This document shows, piece after piece, positions 57,896-64,000 of a stretch of DNA of 64,000 nucleotides; position 1 is the first letter of the stretch, and the number at the start of each line of letters is the position of its first letter. Location of the stretch: assembly GCF_003334815.1 (NCBI RefSeq), contig NZ_QOWO01000006.1; one strand, written 5' to 3'. The notes under the pieces are model-generated. The model was not told where the DNA came from, did no database searches, and worked only from the letters and a program-made list of their open reading frames with translations. This DNA comes from Escherichia coli. Lineage in GTDB: Bacteria > Pseudomonadota > Gammaproteobacteria > Enterobacterales > Enterobacteriaceae. Position numbers and translations under genes: made by a program.

Positions 57896-58867
57896 TTACT
57901 GTTGCAATTCTTTCTCAGTGAAGAGATCGGCAAACAATGCGGTGCTTAAATAACGCTCACCCGATGATGGTAGAATAACCACAATATTCTTGTTGGTAAA
58001 GCTTTCATCTTCTTGTAGTTTCAACGCCGCGGCAACAGCTGCTCCAGAAGAGATACCTGCAAGAATACCTTCTTCTTCCATCAGACGACGCGCGGTAGAA
58101 ATCGCTTCTTCATTGGTGATGCCAATGACTTTATCGACCAGCTTGAGATCGAGGTTAGCCGGGATAAAACCAGCGCCAATACCCTGAATTTTATGCGGGC
58201 CAGGTTTAATCTCTTCACCTGCCAGCGCCTGGGCGATAACTGGAGAATCGGTTGGCTCAACGGCGACAGAGATAAGATCGGTCTTGCCTTTGGTGCCTTT
58301 AATGTAGCGGCTGACGCCAGTCAGCGTACCGCCAGTCCCAACGCCAGCAATAAATACATCAACCTGACCGTCGGTATCTTCCCATATCTCCGGACCGGTG
58401 GTCTTTTCGTGAATTTCAGGGTTTGCCGGATTGCTGAATTGTTGCAGCAGCAGGTATTTCTCTGGATTGCTGGCGACAATTTCTTCTGCTTTTTGGATTG
58501 CGCCTTTCATGCCTTTAGCACCTTCCGTCAGCACCAGGTTTGCACCTAACGCTTTCAGCAGCTTGCGGCGTTCAATACTCATGGTTTCTGGCATGGTCAG
58601 GGTGAGTTTGTAACCGCGAGCGGCAGCTACATAGGCCAGTGCAATCCCGGTATTACCGCTGGTCGGTTCAACCAGTTCAACGCCTGGTTTCAGCACGCCG
58701 CGCTTTTCGGCATCCCAAATCATGTTGGCACCGATACGGCACTTAACGCTGAAGCTGGGGTTACGAGATTCCACCTTCGCCAGAATGCGTCCGTTACCGA
58801 TGCGATTCAGGCGAACCAGCGGCGTGTGACCGATAGTCAGCGAGTTATCTTCAAAAATCTTACTCAT
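57896..58867 (-). CDS. cysK: Cysteine synthase A (O-acetylserine sulfhydrylase A)
   Basis: 323-aa ORF. Confidence 0.97.
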   Translation of the reverse strand: MSKIFEDNSLTIGHTPLVRLNRIGNGRILAKVESRNPSFSVKCRIGANMIWDAEKRGVLKPGVELVEPTSGNTGIALAYVAAARGYKLTLTMPETMSIERRKLLKALGANLVLTEGAKGMKGAIQKAEEIVASNPEKYLLLQQFSNPANPEIHEKTTGPEIWEDTDGQVDVFIAGVGTGGTLTGVSRYIKGTKGKTDLISVAVEPTDSPVIAQALAGEEIKPGPHKIQGIGAGFIPANLDLKLVDKVIGITNEEAISTARRLMEEEGILAGISSGAAVAAALKLQEDESFTNKNIVVILPSSGERYLSTALFADLFTEKELQQ

Positions 58868-59051
58868 GGCCTGTCCTTAACTGTATGAAATTGGGATACA
58901 ACAGGTAGCATACCCGCTCAGAGAATATGCGGAAGTAAGGATTTAGCATATCTATATACAGAAGGGAAATAATGACATGCAAGATGGAATAAGGGGCGGC
59001 ATAAGCCACCCCTGTTTCACACAAACGGTTTACAAAATAACCGGTAGATTG

Positions 59052-59813
59052 TTACCGCCACATCGCGTGTTTATCGCGATAGCAATCGACCCACATCGCC
59101 GTCGCGCCACAAACGGCAACGGGCATGATGAACAGATTAAGCAGCGGGATCATCGTAAACAGGCTGGTTAAAGCACCAAACTGCATATTGGTGATTTTGC
59201 GTGTGCGCAGGGCGGTGCGCATCTCTTTAAACGGCACTTTGTGGTTATCGAAGGGGTAATCGCAATACTGGATGGCTAACATCCAGGCGCTAAACAGGAA
59301 CCACAGTACCGGCGCGACGGTTTGCCCAATACCAGGGATGAAGTAAAGAATTAGTAATACAATTGCGCGCGGCAGATACCAGGCAAATTTTTGCCATTCG
59401 CGTTTCATGATTCGCGGCACATCTTTCATGATACCGAAAATCCCGGTATCTGGCGGTGTAGCGCCAGTCAATCGTGCTTCCAGTTGTTCAGCCAATAAAC
59501 CGTTAAACGGAGCGGCAATCCAGTTAGCAATCGTGGAGAAGAAATAGCCAAACACTAACAGCACAGAGATGACAGCCAGAGGCCACAACAGATAACTCAG
59601 CCATTGTAGCCAGTCCGGAACGTAACTCATGAGAGTCGGGATCCAGACATCGAGCTGTGTAAAGAGCCACCAGAATGCGCCCCCCATCAACAAAATATTG
59701 ACCAGCAGCGGTAAAATAACGAAACGCCGAATCCCAGGTTGCGAGACGAGCTTCCAGCCTTGCGCAAAATAGTAAAAACCGCTGCGTGGGGCAGATGTGA
59801 ATGATGAAACCAT
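59052..59813 (-). CDS. cysZ: Sulfate transporter CysZ
   Basis: 253-aa membrane ORF. Confidence 0.93.
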
Positions 59814-60042
59814 AATCAGGATGAGCTCCTTTTGACCAATCCCAGGAAAATTCTGCGTATTTTACCGGGTAATTGCGCAATGGACAGTTAGGATATGTTC
59901 GAAAAAACAGCAAAAAGCACGATTTCATCTATCTTTGTGCTGTGAAAGTTAATAGTGCACTTGCACTTGAGGTAATCGGCAAATACTCTTAGTGAGTAAA
60001 TGTTTGCCGTGGTGGCAAGGTGTTAGAACAACAGAGAATATA

Positions 60043-61029
60043 ATGATGCAGGATTTGCGTCTGATATTAATCATTGTTGGCGCGATCGCCATAATCGCTT
60101 TACTGGTACATGGTTTCTGGACCAGCCGTAAAGAACGATCTTCTATGTTCCGCGATCGGCCATTAAAACGAATGAAGTCAAAACGTGACGACGATTCTTA
60201 TGACGAGGATGTCGAAGATGATGAGGGCGTTGGTGAGGTTCGTGTTCACCGCGTGAATCATGCCCCGGCTAACGCTCAGGAGCATGAGGCTGCTCGTCCG
60301 TCGCCGCAACACCAGTACCAACCGCCTTATGCGTCTGCGCAGCCGCGTCAACCGGTCCAGCAGCCGCCTGAAGCGCAGGTACCGCCGCAACATGCTCCGC
60401 ATCCAGCGCAGCCGGTGCAGCAGCCTGCCTATCAGCCGCAGCCTGAACAGCCGTTGCAGCAGCCAGTTTCGCCACAGGTCGCGCCAGCGCCGCAGCCTGT
60501 GCATTCAGCACCGCAACCGGCACAACAGGCTTTCCAGCCTGCAGAACCCGTAGCGGCACCACAGCCTGAGCCTGTAGCGGAACCTGCTCCAGTTATGGAT
60601 AAACCGAAGCGCAAAGAAGCGGTGATTATCATGAACGTCGCGGCGCATCACGGTAGCGAGCTAAACGGTGAACTGCTTCTTAACAGCATTCAACAAGCGG
60701 GCTTCATTTTTGGCGATATGAATATTTACCATCGTCATCTTAGCCCGGATGGCAGCGGCCCGGCGTTATTCAGCCTGGCGAATATGGTGAAACCGGGAAC
60801 CTTTGATCCTGAAATGAAGGATTTCACTACTCCGGGTGTCACTATCTTTATGCAGGTACCGTCTTACGGTGACGAGCTGCAGAACTTCAAGCTGATGCTG
60901 CAATCTGCGCAGCATATTGCCGATGAAGTGGGCGGTGTCGTGCTTGACGATCAGCGCCGTATGATGACTCCGCAGAAATTGCGCGAGTACCAGGACATCA
61001 TCCGCGAAGTCAAAGACGCCAACGCCTGA
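60043..61029 (+). CDS. zipA: Cell division protein ZipA (N-terminal TM anchor, P/Q-rich linker, FtsZ-binding domain)
   Basis: ORF track 59992..61029; start trimmed to [24 protein letters not shown]... (328 aa). Confidence 0.93.
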
Positions 61030-61060
61030 TACACTTAAGGCAAATTAACTCCTCTTCGAA

Positions 61061-61082
61061 CCCCCGCTTGTCGGGGGTTTTT
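61061..61082 (+). terminator. Rho-independent terminator-like hairpin between zipA and ligA
   Basis: CCCCCG-CTTGT-CGGGGG-TTTTT. Confidence 0.7.
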
Positions 61083-61090
61083 AGCATTGA

Positions 61091-63115
<2,025 letters not shown>

Positions 63116-63116
63116 G

Positions 63117-63335
63117 ATGGAAAAAGAGCAGCTGATTGAAATAGCCAATACGATAATGCCGTTTGGCAAATACAAAGGGCGTCGCTTAATCGACCTGCCG
63201 GAGGAGTATCTGCTGTGGTTTGCCCGCAAAGATGAGTTCCCGGCAGGGAAGCTCGGTGAGCTAATGCAAATCACGCTGCTGATTAAAACCGAGGGGCTGA
63301 CGCAACTGGTCCAGCCCCTGAAGCGTCCGCTTTAA
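63117..63335 (+). CDS. ypeB: Small protein YpeB (DUF3820)
   Basis: ORF track 63024..63335; start trimmed to ATG 63117 (MEKEQLIEIANTIMPFGKYKGRRL..., 72 aa), 1 nt after the ligA stop. Confidence 0.8.
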   Translation: MEKEQLIEIANTIMPFGKYKGRRLIDLPEEYLLWFARKDEFPAGKLGELMQITLLIKTEGLTQLVQPLKRPL

Positions 63336-64000
63336 GCTTTATCGGCGCTGCTTTCCTGCTGCGCCTGTAACTGTTCGGTCTGGCGTTTGTATCGACGCGC
63401 CAGCACCGCACAGACCATCAATTGGATCTGATGGAAAATCATCAGGGGCAGCACCATCATACCGATCACCGATGTGGGGAACAGAATGTTTGCCATCGGG
63501 ATGCCATTTGCCAGACTCTTTTTCGAACCACAAAAGACGATAGTAATTTCATCTGCCTTATTGAAGCTCAGTCGGCGTGCCATAAAGACGTTAACTACAA
63601 TCACGATAGCCAGAAGAACGCAGCTGACCACCACGATAAACAGCAATGATCCCCAGCCAACTTTATGCCAGATACCATTAACGACGGCTTCGCTGAACGC
63701 TGTATAAACCACCAACAGAATGGACGTCTGGTCAGTTTTCGCAATCCATTTTTTATTGCGCGACACCCAGTCACCAATCCACGGCCGGGAAAGATGCCCC
63801 AACACAAACGGCAGCAGCAGTTGCAGCATAATTTTACCGACCTGCTCAAGGCTGCCCCCTGCACCGTGAACATTCATCACCAGACCAACCAGCAATGGTG
63901 AAAGGAAAATCCCCAGCAGGCTGGATGCCGACGCAGAACAAACCGCTGCCGCGACGTTACCGCCCGCCATTGACGTGAAGGCGATTGCAGACTGCACGGT
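63332..64000 (-). CDS. yfeH: Bile acid:sodium symporter-family transporter YfeH, C-terminal part; 5' end lies beyond the window
   Basis: ORF track 63332..63997 is open to the window edge; polytopic membrane protein; its stop codon overlaps the ypeB stop. Confidence 0.8.
   Translation of the reverse strand, partial: TVQSAIAFTSMAGGNVAAAVCSASASSLLGIFLSPLLVGLVMNVHGAGGSLEQVGKIMLQLLLPFVLGHLSRPWIGDWVSRNKKWIAKTDQTSILLVVYTAFSEAVVNGIWHKVGWGSLLFIVVVSCVLLAIVIVVNVFMARRLSFNKADEITIVFCGSKKSLANGIPMANILFPTSVIGMMVLPLMIFHQIQLMVCAVLARRYKRQTEQLQAQQESSADKA

Noticed and set aside
60280-60600. Low-complexity, repeat-like DNA in zipA with stacked spurious ORFs on both strands (60178..60632)
   Set aside because: This is the P/Q-rich flexible linker of ZipA (PQ, QPV and QPA codon repeats). 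It is a coding feature, not a mobile or satellite repeat.

Overview
This window reads as ordinary, gene-dense Escherichia coli-type core chromosome, and I found no evidence of an undescribed system in it. It is the bamC-purC ... acrD-narQ-aegA ... tktB-talA-maeB ... eut operon ... murPQR ... cysPUWAM ... pts-cysK ... zipA-ligA-yfeH neighbourhood, apparently in the opposite orientation to the usual K-12 map. I place 62 protein-coding genes (two partial at the window edges); all gene names are assigned from memory of the protein sequences and synteny, not from a database search. Every ORF of appreciable length has the length expected for a known conserved gene and gene order is collinear throughout. 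I see no rRNA or tRNA genes, CRISPR array, IS element, integrase, transposase or prophage. The main strain-level observation is that the 17-gene ethanolamine-utilisation (eut) microcompartment operon is uninterrupted: eutA and eutB are 11 bp apart, so the CPZ-55 prophage that splits this operon in K-12 is absent. Sequence not explained by coding genes is confined to short intergenic structures: six REP/BIME clusters (one a tandem 100-bp duplication, one flanked by a duplicated hairpin), several stem-loops and palindromes, and a 380-bp AT-rich region. The least characterised loci are yfeK-yfeS, ypfG, ypfJ, yfeY/yfeZ and aegA; these are conserved genes of unknown function, not novel ones. Many ORF-track entries carry in-frame N-terminal extensions; I trimmed starts to the position giving the expected protein length and a plausible ribosome-binding site.
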